Under the pieces are notes generated by a model. The model saw only the letters and a list, made by a program, of their open reading frames with translations, made no database searches and was not told where the DNA came from. This document shows positions 40,590 to 50,837 of a stretch of DNA of 64,000 nt, piece by piece. The position numbers and the translations under genes are program-made. Each line of letters begins with the position of its first letter. Position 1 is the stretch's first letter. Origin of the DNA: Nitrospirota bacterium. Its GTDB lineage: Bacteria > Nitrospirota > Thermodesulfovibrionia > Thermodesulfovibrionales > Dissulfurispiraceae. Location: NCBI GenBank assembly GCA_040754455.1, contig JBFMCP010000001.1, forward strand, positions 1 to 64,000, written 5' to 3'.

Positions 40590-41234
40590 CTAGGTAAGCG
40601 GCCGCTCCGCTTCATATCGATCAACCCCGCGGTACTGTCCACCTCTGAGGACATCGAGAAAGTTTTCATAGGTGACGGGAACAAAGAATTCGGTATAGCA
40701 GCTGCCCACTTCATCAATTCTGTGTGAATCACTTCCCCCTGTGGTCGGCAGGCGCAAGGCCTGCGCCGCCTGCACGGCCTTTTCGTTCTCGGTGCGGTTG
40801 TTGTGATGGTTGTATGCCTCTATCGCACAAATGCCGTTGAGGCCGGAGAGATCGATGCGGAGCAGCGACCATTCCCGGAAAGGGTGAGGGATGATAATAA
40901 GACATTTTTGCTCGGCAACGATTTTTATAACCTCTCTAATGGGCGCATTTTGTTCGGCCGCAAGCAAGCGATCGTCCCTGATCCCGAAGATCAGCACATG
41001 CCCCTCTGCAGATGAATATTCCATTCCACGAAAAATTTTGATCGAGCCGTTATATCTCTCTTTCAACCGTTCAACAGGCTCCGATGCCTCATACGAGTTA
41101 TGCTCGGTAAAGGCGATGCCGTCCAGGCCGAGCTCGAGAGCCCGCTCTACGGATTCTTCAGGACTGACGGTGCTGTCCTCGCTGTAGTACGAGTGGTTAT
41201 GCATGTCGATTTTAAACACGTTATTACTCCTCAT
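40590..41234 (-). CDS. PHP-domain phosphoesterase, paralog of 38033..38647
   Basis: DMHNHS, TEH, HPFR, GGSDSH. Confidence 0.9.
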   Translation of the reverse strand: MRSNNVFKIDMHNHSYYSEDSTVSPEESVERALELGLDGIAFTEHNSYEASEPVERLKERYNGSIKIFRGMEYSSAEGHVLIFGIRDDRLLAAEQNAPIREVIKIVAEQKCLIIIPHPFREWSLLRIDLSGLNGICAIEAYNHHNNRTENEKAVQAAQALRLPTTGGSDSHRIDEVGSCYTEFFVPVTYENFLDVLRGGQYRGVDRYEAERPLT

Positions 41235-41487
41235 CCATTATCCTATAGTTAACCTTTTTCATTATTCATAAACTACATGGCACATGCAAAGCAGTCGGGG
41301 AGGGGTGCAGAAAGGAGGCTTTCTCGCGCTTCCTTATTCTTCCACAAACGAAACAAACTCTGATACCAGATATCTTAAATAAGGGAGTAATGCAGATCTG
41401 TTCCAATAGATGCGCATGAGAAAGCTCCTTGAAGTGCCCCTCCCTGACTGCTCGTCCTAAGCCCTGAACTATTTATCTGAGCTGCGA

Positions 41488-43224
41488 TCATCCATTAAGA
41501 ATAGTTATTTCTTTTTTCAGCAAATCTGCATACTGTTGAACAAGCCCTCTGAACTTTGCGCCGTCTGGTTGCATGCCGAGGTCTCTTGCTGCGAACGTAG
41601 CGTATCCCAACCGATACGCCAGATAGGCAATACGGTAGAAGGACAGCCGTGCAGCGATATCCCTGTCATGAGACATGCGCTCATAGCGTTCGACAAGATA
41701 TGCGCTCCCCTTCTGATCGAGGCCGAACTCTATAATGGTTCCTGCGATGTCCCAGGCGATATCCTGGCAACAGGGGAAAAACTGATCTGCATGGTGGTCA
41801 ACGGTGTCTGTTTTTATGTACCCTCGTTCGGTAAGCAGCCATTCATTCGGCAGCATGCGTCCGTCGAGGGCAACAGGAGGGCTCTCCTCGAACAGGGAAC
41901 GGAACATGCCGAGCTTCCTCAGCCGGTGGACCCACTCTTTTCCGAGCCCCAGATAGGTGTTCCTTCTGATCATCCGGGCCATCTCGCTGAACTGCATGTC
42001 GCGGTCCACGGTAAAATTCTTTTTAAGATAAGAAAGATACCGGGCTACAGCGCTCAGCAGGCTTTCGCTTACGTCGTCACGCGTAAGGGGCCGCCCCTGA
42101 ACGAAAGGCGATGCTATAAAGCCATTGGCAAAGCCGATGGCAGGCGGAGAGAACCCTGCGTCGGCCAGAATGCTGGCGCGTTCGAATTTAACCCTTCCAT
42201 AACGCCCCAGTCCTGCAAATTTCACCAGGAGATCCCGGTGATTCCTGCAGAGGAATTTGCGTTTCTCATGGTGGGGATGCACAGCGGGGAAATCTCTCTC
42301 CCCTTCATAGAAAAGGCTACGCCACATCCCGGCCGAAATATTGCAGCAAGTGCCGTCTGAAAAAGGGCCCATGATCTTTCCGCTTTGATAGAGCACCTCT
42401 TCGAAGCCGGCAGTGTATTTTTTATGCCGCAGCCAGCGCTCACGGGCGCGTTCCGAAATAAAGTTCCGGCCGTCGGGCTCCCAGCTCGGGAAGAGCACAA
42501 TGCGTGTATCGGCAATGCCGGTTTCCGAGAGCTTTTGTGCAGCGCAGCAGATCGAGGATCCGCTCATGCCTGGTCCCTCATCGATAATGAGAACATACGC
42601 GTACGGCAGCGACCGCAGCACCTCCTCAAGCGTATGCTCGAGCAGGATGCGCCGGTCAAAAGGATCACCGCGCGGACGGAGAGTGCAGGACTCAACACGA
42701 TATCCCTCTTCCTCGAGCACGGCTGCAACGGCGAGAGACAGACTGGTCCCTATGCTCCGCAGTCCGATGCAAAGAACACTTTCTCTTGTATGCTCTTTCG
42801 CAAACGCTTTGGCTGCCTCGAGATAGGTTTCGGGATAGAGCCCGTAATGGGCGTATCCCTCATGTTCCCGAATGCAAATCATTTCCGGGATACTAAGAAA
42901 GTAGAGTTTCCGGAGAGCGCTGCGCAACTGTGTGCCCCAGTATTCCTCCTGCTCCCGCTTTCCTTCCCATGACGCGGAAAAGATATGTCCTACAATAAGG
43001 CCCGTTTTTCTAAGCTCATGCAGAATATCCCTGCTGCCATCCCGTTCCGGACAGAGGGCATCAGTAACAGCAGACTCGAAGACTCCCCACTCGATCAGCA
43101 GCTCGACGGCAGCTTCATGGGTAAACGTGCCGCCCTCTCCAAACTGCTCTGCGAGTGTCCTGATACGAGAGAGGCACGTCGCAGAGGCAACGCGCTGTTC
43201 CTGTTTTCTGTATACGATCATCAT
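41488..43224 (-). CDS. Uncharacterised PRTase-like + phosphotransferase/kinase-like protein
   Basis: IGLRSIGTSL and VLIIDEGPGMSGSS (PRPP-loop-like); C-half LVKFAG, DGRMLPNEW, KTD..DH, DIAWDIAG. Confidence 0.7.
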   Translation of the reverse strand: MMIVYRKQEQRVASATCLSRIRTLAEQFGEGGTFTHEAAVELLIEWGVFESAVTDALCPERDGSRDILHELRKTGLIVGHIFSASWEGKREQEEYWGTQLRSALRKLYFLSIPEMICIREHEGYAHYGLYPETYLEAAKAFAKEHTRESVLCIGLRSIGTSLSLAVAAVLEEEGYRVESCTLRPRGDPFDRRILLEHTLEEVLRSLPYAYVLIIDEGPGMSGSSICCAAQKLSETGIADTRIVLFPSWEPDGRNFISERARERWLRHKKYTAGFEEVLYQSGKIMGPFSDGTCCNISAGMWRSLFYEGERDFPAVHPHHEKRKFLCRNHRDLLVKFAGLGRYGRVKFERASILADAGFSPPAIGFANGFIASPFVQGRPLTRDDVSESLLSAVARYLSYLKKNFTVDRDMQFSEMARMIRRNTYLGLGKEWVHRLRKLGMFRSLFEESPPVALDGRMLPNEWLLTERGYIKTDTVDHHADQFFPCCQDIAWDIAGTIIEFGLDQKGSAYLVERYERMSHDRDIAARLSFYRIAYLAYRLGYATFAARDLGMQPDGAKFRGLVQQYADLLKKEITILNG

Positions 43225-44264
43225 CAGGCTCCTTCAATCAGCTTCCGATATTGTTCGATATAATGCTGCGTCATACGTTCAGCGGAAAATCGTCTCCGTG
43301 CGACCTCTCTGCATACTTCAGGATCGATCACTGCAGCAGCAATCATCGCCTCTGCCATTTCCTGCTCGTCATTCACGAGAAAACCCGTTTTTCCGTGCTC
43401 GACAATCTGCGCAAGCGCTCCTGAGGGAAAGGCAATCACCGGTGTTCCGCAGGCCAGCGCCTCCATTGCGACGAGTGAGCTCGTCTCCGGCGCCAGGCTC
43501 GGGACGAGGAGGCAGCGCGCAGCAGAGAGGAACCTCCGTTTCCGCTCAAAATCAAGCGGACCTATGAACACCCTCCGCTTATCTTCCAGTCTCGGCAATA
43601 TCATATTTATGAAGTAGCGCTCATGCGCCTCATAGCGGAACACCTCGCCTGCTAGGATCAGAGGGACATTTGCGCTCCGTGCCGCATTGAGGGCAATATG
43701 GAAACCCTTTTCAGGACATATCCTCCCCACTGCGAGGGCAAAACGACGCTTGCTCACCGGCGTTTCGAGACGCTCGACCGGCACCCCGTTCTCGATATCG
43801 GGCAGAAGTGACATGCCCTGAGGGCATGCGGCGCGCTGTGAGGCAGAGACGCAGTGAAAATAAGTCCCTGGACGGTCGGTAAGCAGTGCATCCCGGTCAT
43901 ACCATCCGGGAGGGAGATGCAGCGTCACTATCACCGGCGTCCCGGGGGGCGGCAGGTAATGGTTGAAATCGATGCCGTGGAGATGCACAAGGTCGACGTC
44001 CCACCGACGGAGCGCCTCTTCGATCGCTCTCCGGTGATATTCGCGGGCACGATGGCAGGCAGCATCATCGAGGAGGCCTTGCACCTTTGGCGTCGCAATG
44101 AGCTTGCCTCGTACAGCAGACCCCTCGCAGGCCAGCACGATCGACCGGTGCCCTGCGCGCACAAGCGCTTCATCAATGAGCCCAAGGACCTGTTCTGCAC
44201 CGCCTGCGGCATCAGGCGTCACTGGCGCCAGCGGGTAGGCCACATTAAGTACGGTAAGGCTCAT
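43224..44264 (-). CDS. GT4-family glycosyltransferase
   Basis: GGAEQ, GRICPEKG, ETSSLVAMEALACGTPV; start ATG 44264. Confidence 0.92.
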   Translation of the reverse strand: MSLTVLNVAYPLAPVTPDAAGGAEQVLGLIDEALVRAGHRSIVLACEGSAVRGKLIATPKVQGLLDDAACHRAREYHRRAIEEALRRWDVDLVHLHGIDFNHYLPPPGTPVIVTLHLPPGWYDRDALLTDRPGTYFHCVSASQRAACPQGMSLLPDIENGVPVERLETPVSKRRFALAVGRICPEKGFHIALNAARSANVPLILAGEVFRYEAHERYFINMILPRLEDKRRVFIGPLDFERKRRFLSAARCLLVPSLAPETSSLVAMEALACGTPVIAFPSGALAQIVEHGKTGFLVNDEQEMAEAMIAAAVIDPEVCREVARRRFSAERMTQHYIEQYRKLIEGA

Positions 44265-44274
44265 TCTCCCCCCC

Positions 44275-45159
44275 TCAGGTATAGCGCTGCACCATGCGGG
44301 CGCAGAATTCGGCATACTCCTCGACATTTTTGGGCGGACTTGTATGGTGAGGATGAATGCCACACGGCTCGGGAGTGAAGCAAAACGTGAGCGTCACCTC
44401 GAACTCGTCAAGGGCCTTCATCTGACGGTCGAACCAGGCATCGGCATGAGGCCTCAAACTGTCAGCCCAGCTGAGGCCGGTGCGCAGGTGTCGCACGCCG
44501 AGCTTGCGCAGCCAGCGCACCGCGTCGTCCAGGCGATGGTCCTCGAAGTGGAACCACTGACAGATGCCGAAGTGAGGCGTATATTCATGGAATTGGGAAA
44601 GCGCACGTTTCGGGACCCCGTCTTCGCGCAGCAGCCCCATATAGAAATGGCGATAATACGACGAACCTTCGGCCTCGCGATGGCGCGTGGTCGCGGGCCA
44701 TGCCCGCGGGAGGTCGAAGAGGCTGTACCAGTGGATGCGGTGCGCCTGTCCGATCAGGAGCTCAGCCGTGCGCCGCAGGCCGAATTCCTGGACCTCTTCC
44801 GCTCCGAACGTCGAAACGCCGACCTCCGATACCCAGACCGGAAGCGCAGTGATCGCCTGTATTTCTTTGAGCTTCTCCGGCCATTCATGAATGGTCCAGT
44901 GATTCCAGTCCAGAGGAAAGCCGTGCACGGCAACAACATCGGTATAATCGAGCACACCCTTAGCCTTCATATTGGCAATGAAGTTTGGATCGATCGGTGA
45001 TATCCCCCCAAGAACGCGTAGGAGCCACGGGTTCTCTGCAGCAACCGCTTCGGCAGCGGTCTTCACCATATTCGCATAGATTTCCCACTCCGGGTCAAGG
45101 TGAAAGTCCCAATGCGAGAGGTTGTTGGGTTCATTCCAGAGCATAACCGCCTCGATCAT
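44275..45159 (-). CDS. Clan GH-A ('beta-xylosidase'-annotated type) glycoside hydrolase-like protein, circularly permuted
   Basis: WNEP at the N-terminus, VHGFP, WVSEVG, HWYSL, then GICQWF/LRTGLSW. Confidence 0.8.
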   Translation of the reverse strand: MIEAVMLWNEPNNLSHWDFHLDPEWEIYANMVKTAAEAVAAENPWLLRVLGGISPIDPNFIANMKAKGVLDYTDVVAVHGFPLDWNHWTIHEWPEKLKEIQAITALPVWVSEVGVSTFGAEEVQEFGLRRTAELLIGQAHRIHWYSLFDLPRAWPATTRHREAEGSSYYRHFYMGLLREDGVPKRALSQFHEYTPHFGICQWFHFEDHRLDDAVRWLRKLGVRHLRTGLSWADSLRPHADAWFDRQMKALDEFEVTLTFCFTPEPCGIHPHHTSPPKNVEEYAEFCARMVQRYT

Positions 45160-45911
45160 GAGAACACCCCTTTCCGCTCACCCCGGCGGCAGATAAAGAC
45201 CTCCTCTTCGGGATGATCGATGATATCGAAGCCCGCACTGCGGAGCATCGCCTCGACACAGGCACGGTTCGGCAGCCACCAGTTGGTGGGGTCGCCGGAA
45301 TATTTTCCCTCGATAAAATGCATCTTGGGGAAATCAGGGCGGTCGAAGATCCCGATCTCCTCGAAAGGATAATCATCCTGGAGGTGGGAAACGGTCCGGC
45401 TGCCGCGCAGCATGGACTGGAATACGAAGAGGTTACCGACCGCATGCTCATACAGGAGATCCAGCGCGAGGAGTGGATGGCGCAGGTGATAAAAGACCCC
45501 CATGAAGAGGACGATATCGAACGTCCTTCCCAGCTTCGCCACATCGTAGACCGAGAGGTGCAGCAGGTCGATGGCGACGCCGCATACTTCAGCGGCGAAG
45601 CGGGCCTGTGCGAGGTAGTCCTCGTCGGCATCAATGCCGAGGACATAATCGGCGCCGCGCCGCTTCATTTCGATCGAGTAGAAACCGGCATTGCACCCCA
45701 CATCGAGCACTGTCATCCCGCGGAGGTCGGAAGGGATGGCATGGGCAAAGCGGCTCCATTTTATTGCAGGGTAGTCGCCGAGGAAGTGATGAGGCGCCGT
45801 CTCTATCCCCTTAAGATTGATGTTATGGAACCATTCTCCGAGATCGCGTACACGGGCCCGGATCTGCTCCGGCGTCAACGCAGACGGTGCTGTAGAAGCC
45901 ATATGTCCCAT
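45156..45911 (-). CDS. Class I SAM methyltransferase, TIGR04290-like
   Basis: WFHNINL, LDVGCNAGFY, MGVFYHLRHPL, DPTNWW.PN. Confidence 0.85.
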   Translation of the reverse strand: MGHMASTAPSALTPEQIRARVRDLGEWFHNINLKGIETAPHHFLGDYPAIKWSRFAHAIPSDLRGMTVLDVGCNAGFYSIEMKRRGADYVLGIDADEDYLAQARFAAEVCGVAIDLLHLSVYDVAKLGRTFDIVLFMGVFYHLRHPLLALDLLYEHAVGNLFVFQSMLRGSRTVSHLQDDYPFEEIGIFDRPDFPKMHFIEGKYSGDPTNWWLPNRACVEAMLRSAGFDIIDHPEEEVFICRRGERKGVFS

Positions 45912-45937
45912 TGATTCTTTCTCCTTTACCTAACCTA

Positions 45938-46024
45938 CGTTTCGAGCTCCACGTTACGGCAAAAGAAAAATCCAGCAATGTTGTTGTCCTTAGACCTGAA
46001 ACTTGGAACGCACAACTTGAAACT
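45938..46024. repeat. Degenerate bipartite heptamer repeat (CTGAAAC family)
   Basis: acctgaa acttgga acgcaca acttgaa ac, with an opposite-sense degenerate arm near 45938. Confidence 0.45.
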
Positions 46025-46750
46025 TCATTTCATGGTGCTGAGCAGCCTTATTGCTTCGCGGTACCCGTTGATGGTCCCCACGTCGACGTAGGAGCTTCCA
46101 TGGCGCACGCCGAGGACCACTCCCCCTCTTCTTATGTATTCATTGACAAGCGTCCCGAAGTATTCATCGCTCCGGCCGCGCTCATGCCAGAGTGCATATA
46201 AATCGTGAAGGATACCACCGTTGAGTTTAAAGGCACCCCATATCCATGACGAGCGGGCCTGCGGCTGTTTCACCTGGATCTCGATAACACGGCCATCGCC
46301 ATCGGTTACCACGGCATCGAAGAATTCGGGGCGTTCCACAGGGAAGAGGAGAAACGAGAGCAGGGAATCGCTCAATGAACAGAGACCGTTCTCAGGAAAC
46401 CAGATCGTATCAGGCAGACCGACGATCACCGCTTCTTCGCGGTGGATCATCGGCACGGCCCGGAAAATGGCATCACACAGTCCCGCAGGACGGGGCTGCA
46501 CTGCATAACAGATATGCGTCTCATGGATCGTGCCGCCGTAATACTCCAGGATATCCGACTTCCCCGGCGATATGACAAAGCAGATTTTTGTGGCACCGCC
46601 GAGTATCATGCGTTCGACGAGATATTCGCTCACCGCGCGCGGCCTCTCGATCCCGCCGTCGCGGCGGCTGCCTACGGGAAGGAGCTCTTTGGAAAATGCC
46701 AACGGCTGTATTCTGCTGCCGGCCCCTGCAGCCGGAATAATTCCCCACAT
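46025..46750 (-). CDS. Sugar-phosphate nucleotidyltransferase (RmlA-like)
   Basis: IIPAAGAGSR..SKELLPV, Q..P.GL.DA, GLPD, YVDVGT. Confidence 0.9.
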   Translation of the reverse strand: MWGIIPAAGAGSRIQPLAFSKELLPVGSRRDGGIERPRAVSEYLVERMILGGATKICFVISPGKSDILEYYGGTIHETHICYAVQPRPAGLCDAIFRAVPMIHREEAVIVGLPDTIWFPENGLCSLSDSLLSFLLFPVERPEFFDAVVTDGDGRVIEIQVKQPQARSSWIWGAFKLNGGILHDLYALWHERGRSDEYFGTLVNEYIRRGGVVLGVRHGSSYVDVGTINGYREAIRLLSTMK

Positions 46751-46792
46751 GTCTCTACCCCTTGTAGCAGTAATGTTATTTTTGCTTCGTAC

Positions 46793-47863
46793 TCATCGTC
46801 GATACGCCGTTTCCAGTATGCGCTCGAGATCGTCGGCCCGGTTGTCTGCCGTATGTTCGCTGAGTGTACGCTCACGTGCTGCACGGGCGATCCTCAGCCG
46901 CTGCGCTTCGGACATCTCGAGGGCGCCGATAATCTCTTCAGTTGCCTGGGCGGTAATAATTTCTGATCCCGGTGCATAAAACCGATCGAGGCCTTCCCAT
47001 GTATCGCTCAGGATGGGGACGCCGCAGGAGGCCGCTTCAAAGAGCCTTCCCGACGGACAGTATCCCATATCGGCCATCGCACGACGCGTCACATTCAACG
47101 TAAACGACGAAGAGCAGTAGAATGCAGCATGCTCCGGCGGGGGAACGTGCCGTACATAATAAATGTTCTTTGTCCATGGAAACCCTTCCGGGTACAACGA
47201 GCCCCCTATGATGAAACGCCGGTCCGGCAATCTGCGTGAAGGTTCGATGAAAAGCATCTCGAGCAGACGCTGCCGGTCTTCTGCATACGTGCCGAGATAG
47301 GATAGGTCGGCATGGTATGAAGGGGTGCCGGTAACCGGATAGTGCACTGCGGGATCGACGCTCCCATAGAGAGGAGCGACGTGGCGGGCTCCCAGCCGGT
47401 TGCAAAGCTCATCCAGCGCTTTCCCTCCGGTATAGCTGAGCACCAGATCGAAATCACGAAAGCCGCGCGGCCCTATATACGCCACTGGCTGTCCTGAGCG
47501 AAGCCGCTCAAGAGTAACCGGCGTATCAAGGTCGTAGAACGCACGGAGCGGAGCGGCGGAAGAGAGCACGAGATCTGAAGCCGTAATCCCATCGGGACAA
47601 TAGGAGGTCACCATGCCAACATCGGCATCAGAGAGATGCTTTCGTGCAATGGGCAGCACATCGGTCCATTCCGCGTAAAGGTAAAGCTCCACTCCGGGGA
47701 GATCGACGAGATCGCGATGGGAGGCATAATAGGGGACATCCCTCTCGAAAAAGACGATGCGGTGCCCGCGCCGCGCCAGCGCACTGCAGAGGCCGCGCCA
47801 GATCGTCGCATGCCCGTTGCCCCAGGAGGAGCTGATGGTAAGGCCGAAAATAACCAGCTTCAT
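46793..47863 (-). CDS. CgeB-family glycosyltransferase
   Basis: SSSWGNGHAT, FYDLDTP, LGTY, LNVTR, PSGRLFEAA; start ATG 47863. Confidence 0.9.
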   Translation of the reverse strand: MKLVIFGLTISSSWGNGHATIWRGLCSALARRGHRIVFFERDVPYYASHRDLVDLPGVELYLYAEWTDVLPIARKHLSDADVGMVTSYCPDGITASDLVLSSAAPLRAFYDLDTPVTLERLRSGQPVAYIGPRGFRDFDLVLSYTGGKALDELCNRLGARHVAPLYGSVDPAVHYPVTGTPSYHADLSYLGTYAEDRQRLLEMLFIEPSRRLPDRRFIIGGSLYPEGFPWTKNIYYVRHVPPPEHAAFYCSSSFTLNVTRRAMADMGYCPSGRLFEAASCGVPILSDTWEGLDRFYAPGSEIITAQATEEIIGALEMSEAQRLRIARAARERTLSEHTADNRADDLERILETAYRR

Positions 47864-47873
47864 ATTCCTCTCT

Positions 47874-48566
47874 TCAGGAAGCAGGGTTCGGGACCCCGTC
47901 CGTCTCCATAATCTGTTTAAAGTGCCGCAGTTCTTCTTCCACCTGACGCCCGGTAATCCCTTTGAGCACCTTCGCGACGGCAACACCGGCTTTACCAGCG
48001 GGGGGATAATATCTCATCTTTAACGTCACTTCGGTGCCGCGATTGCCCGGCGCATCCTTGAAGCGGACCGAGCCTTTATGTCGGATATCGGCATTCTCCG
48101 GCGTCCGCCACTTGATCACTTCGTTCTCTCGCTCTTCGGTTATCTCCGTATCCCATTCGATCCTGAGCCCTCCCGGCGCCTCTTTGGCGACCCAATGAGA
48201 GCGGCCGTTCGACGAGCGCACTGCAGCAAGGTGCTCCATAAAGAGCGGAAGGTTTTCAAAGTTACGCCAGAAACGGTACACCTCCTCACGGGGACGGTCC
48301 ACTGTAATACTCTTCTCAATCTTAATTCTTTCACGAAGGCCGATGCCGGCAGCATGAATACCGAGGGCGTGGTAGACCGGGCAGTATCCGGTCTTTCCAC
48401 GGTAGACAAGATAACTCCCTGCGAGAGCCATTGCCCTCCCGCGCCGCGAGTGCTTGGTCATGCCGTAGAGCGCAAGCAGGCTTCCGCTGATCATCGATAT
48501 CCATCGCTCCCTGGCCCCGACATTCATCTCCCGGGTCCTCTTTGACACCACTTGTGCTGACCTCAT
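47874..48566 (-). CDS. DUF2892 + SRPBCC (cyclase/dehydrase) protein
   Basis: MNVG..ERW, TGYCPVY, FWRNFENLP.FMEHL, GSVRF..AP..RGTEV. Confidence 0.88.
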   Translation of the reverse strand: MRSAQVVSKRTREMNVGARERWISMISGSLLALYGMTKHSRRGRAMALAGSYLVYRGKTGYCPVYHALGIHAAGIGLRERIKIEKSITVDRPREEVYRFWRNFENLPLFMEHLAAVRSSNGRSHWVAKEAPGGLRIEWDTEITEERENEVIKWRTPENADIRHKGSVRFKDAPGNRGTEVTLKMRYYPPAGKAGVAVAKVLKGITGRQVEEELRHFKQIMETDGVPNPAS

Positions 48567-48627
48567 ATCACACCTCCTTGGATGGCTTCACCGTCGGATA
48601 CTCGCGCTTGTTCACATCGGGAGGCGC

Positions 48628-49719
48628 TCACCGCCGCACCTGTCCGGCATGCCATTCCTGCACGTATCCTTCGAGCTCGGCAGCACGGTGCGCTGCCGTA
48701 TGGCTGGCGAGGACGCGCGCGCGGGCGCGCGCGCCGAGCCGGCTCCGCTCCTCCCCGGAAAGCTCGCGGAGATAGCGCAGCGTATCCTCGGCAGAACGTG
48801 AAACTAGTATTTCCGTCCCCGGCACAAAAAACTGCTCGAGCCCCTCCCAGTAATCACTGATGATGGGAGTGGCACATGCCGCTGCCTCGAAGAGCCGCAC
48901 GCTCGGAGAAAAACCGGCGCGAACCATATCGGCGCGAGTAATGTTCAACGTAAATTTCTGGGCATTGTAGAAGCGACAATGCTCGGCGGGCGACAGGTGC
49001 TCGATTCGTTCCACATTGTCGGGCCACGCAATGATATCGGGGTACTGCGGTCCGGCAACGACATAGCGGCCGCTGCCCCACCGCCGGGCAGGCTCAAGCA
49101 TGAGCTGCTCGAGAAGCGGCTGCCGGTCATCGCTGTACGTGCCGAGGTATCCGATGTCCCATCGATATTCGGACGCAGCAGGAAAGTACAGCTCAGGATC
49201 TACGGAGCAGTAGAGCGGTCGTGCCATGGGAGACCGGTACTGTTCCTGGATGAGGCCGAGCAGGGGGCCGCCGGTAAAGGAGAGATACATATGATAGCGC
49301 GGAATCAATGTTGCCGACAGGTAGCTCACGCCGCCGTGTGCGAGCTTTGCCATGGTGACCGGTGTGTCGATATCGTAGAATGCAGTGATACCCTGTGCCG
49401 TCGTAACAACCCATTCGCCGACAGCAATTCCCTCCGGCACATAGGACCCGACGATCACCAGGTCCGCCTCTTTGATTGCAGGGCCGAAACGTTTTTTGAG
49501 GTCCGAGACGCTGAAATAGAGCTCTGTGCGGCCGTAGGGAGGTTTTGGGAGGTCCCGGTTCTCTGCATACCACGGCACCTCCCGCTCAAGAAAAAGGACC
49601 TGGTGCCCCCGGTCAGCAAGTCCACGAACCAAACCGCGGTAGGTCGTCGCATGCCCGTTGCCCCATGAAGAGGTTATCGATAATCCCAGAATAACGATCT
49701 TCAGTGCTGATAGAGTCAT
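48628..49719 (-). CDS. CgeB-family glycosyltransferase
   Basis: TSSWGNGHATTYR, FYDIDTP, LNITR, PSVRLFEAA; start ATG 49719. Confidence 0.9.
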   Translation of the reverse strand: MTLSALKIVILGLSITSSWGNGHATTYRGLVRGLADRGHQVLFLEREVPWYAENRDLPKPPYGRTELYFSVSDLKKRFGPAIKEADLVIVGSYVPEGIAVGEWVVTTAQGITAFYDIDTPVTMAKLAHGGVSYLSATLIPRYHMYLSFTGGPLLGLIQEQYRSPMARPLYCSVDPELYFPAASEYRWDIGYLGTYSDDRQPLLEQLMLEPARRWGSGRYVVAGPQYPDIIAWPDNVERIEHLSPAEHCRFYNAQKFTLNITRADMVRAGFSPSVRLFEAAACATPIISDYWEGLEQFFVPGTEILVSRSAEDTLRYLRELSGEERSRLGARARARVLASHTAAHRAAELEGYVQEWHAGQVRR

Positions 49720-50816
49720 AAACAGCTCCCGGCGCTTGGACATCGGGCATCGAGGATATCTTCGAGCTGTGCTGCACGATGGGCATAGGTATGTTCGGCG
49801 AGAATACGCCGGTATGCCGCTTTTCCTATGGACGACGCGCGTTCAGAGGTAAGGGCACAGATATGCTCGACAACCTCGTTTCCGTTGCTGGCCGTAAGCA
49901 CTTCGCGACCCGGATCGAGGAACATCTCGATGCCGTCCCAATAATCGGTAATGATGCAGGCGCCTGCGCCGGCTGCTTCGAAGATGCGCGTCGGCGGCGA
50001 AAAGCCGTACTGTGCCATGCTCTCCCGGTTGATATTCAGCACTGCCGTCGGTGAGCAGTTAAAGGCATTGTGATCGCAGGTGTAGACGTGCCCGACATAT
50101 TTTATATTGTCGAGGACCGGTGCATCCCAGCCGTTTCCGCCTAGGATAAAACGACGCGTCGGGAGTTCGGCAGCGGCACTGACGAAAAATTCACGGACGC
50201 GGGCCTCGCGGTCAGGGAGACGATTGCCGATAAAGCCAATATCCCCTTCGAACCTCGGATCAGGTGCTACGGGATAGTGTGTCGAGGGGTCGAGGGCATT
50301 ATAGATGGGGATACATTCCCGGGCGCCGAAGGACCTGTAGGTTTTCACTACAGGGTCACCGCCGCCGTAGGTCAGCACGAGATCATAGCGAGGGACAAGT
50401 GCACGGAAGGGGTCGTCGGTATTCATGCGCATGCGATCGAGCGTTGCCGGCGCATCCACATCCCAGAAGAGGGCAAGCGCGCCAGGCCTTTTTACTTGGA
50501 GCACGGCTGCTTCAAGGAGCTCATCGAATACGCCTACCCCGCTCGCCTTGACGATCAGGTCCGCTCGCCGCGCCTCCTCGAGTGCACGATACACACCTTC
50601 GGTGTCCTCCGCTGTATACACAACAACCCGGGCCCAGGGAGGATCGGGGATATCGCGGTGCTGTTGCCGGCCGTAGGCATCGGGCTCATAAAAAGTAACC
50701 GAATGTCCGAGCTCGTGAAGTGCACGGATAATGCCGCGATAGTAGGTTGCAGCACCGTTCCAGTACGCCGACACAAGGCTCGAGCCAAAGAAGGCGATCG
50801 TCAGTCCCTTTTTCAT
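49716..50816 (-). CDS. CgeB-family glycosyltransferase
   Basis: SAYWNGAATYYRG, FWDVDAP, GNRLPDRE, LNINR, PPTRIFEAA. Confidence 0.9.
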   Translation of the reverse strand: MKKGLTIAFFGSSLVSAYWNGAATYYRGIIRALHELGHSVTFYEPDAYGRQQHRDIPDPPWARVVVYTAEDTEGVYRALEEARRADLIVKASGVGVFDELLEAAVLQVKRPGALALFWDVDAPATLDRMRMNTDDPFRALVPRYDLVLTYGGGDPVVKTYRSFGARECIPIYNALDPSTHYPVAPDPRFEGDIGFIGNRLPDREARVREFFVSAAAELPTRRFILGGNGWDAPVLDNIKYVGHVYTCDHNAFNCSPTAVLNINRESMAQYGFSPPTRIFEAAGAGACIITDYWDGIEMFLDPGREVLTASNGNEVVEHICALTSERASSIGKAAYRRILAEHTYAHRAAQLEDILDARCPSAGSCL

Positions 50817-50837
50817 GTACCTGCTCCTAGCAAAAAT

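Noticed and set aside
41278..41293. Sigma54-like TGGCACATGCAAAGCA on the + strand
   Set aside because: Weak -12 element and no + strand gene downstream.
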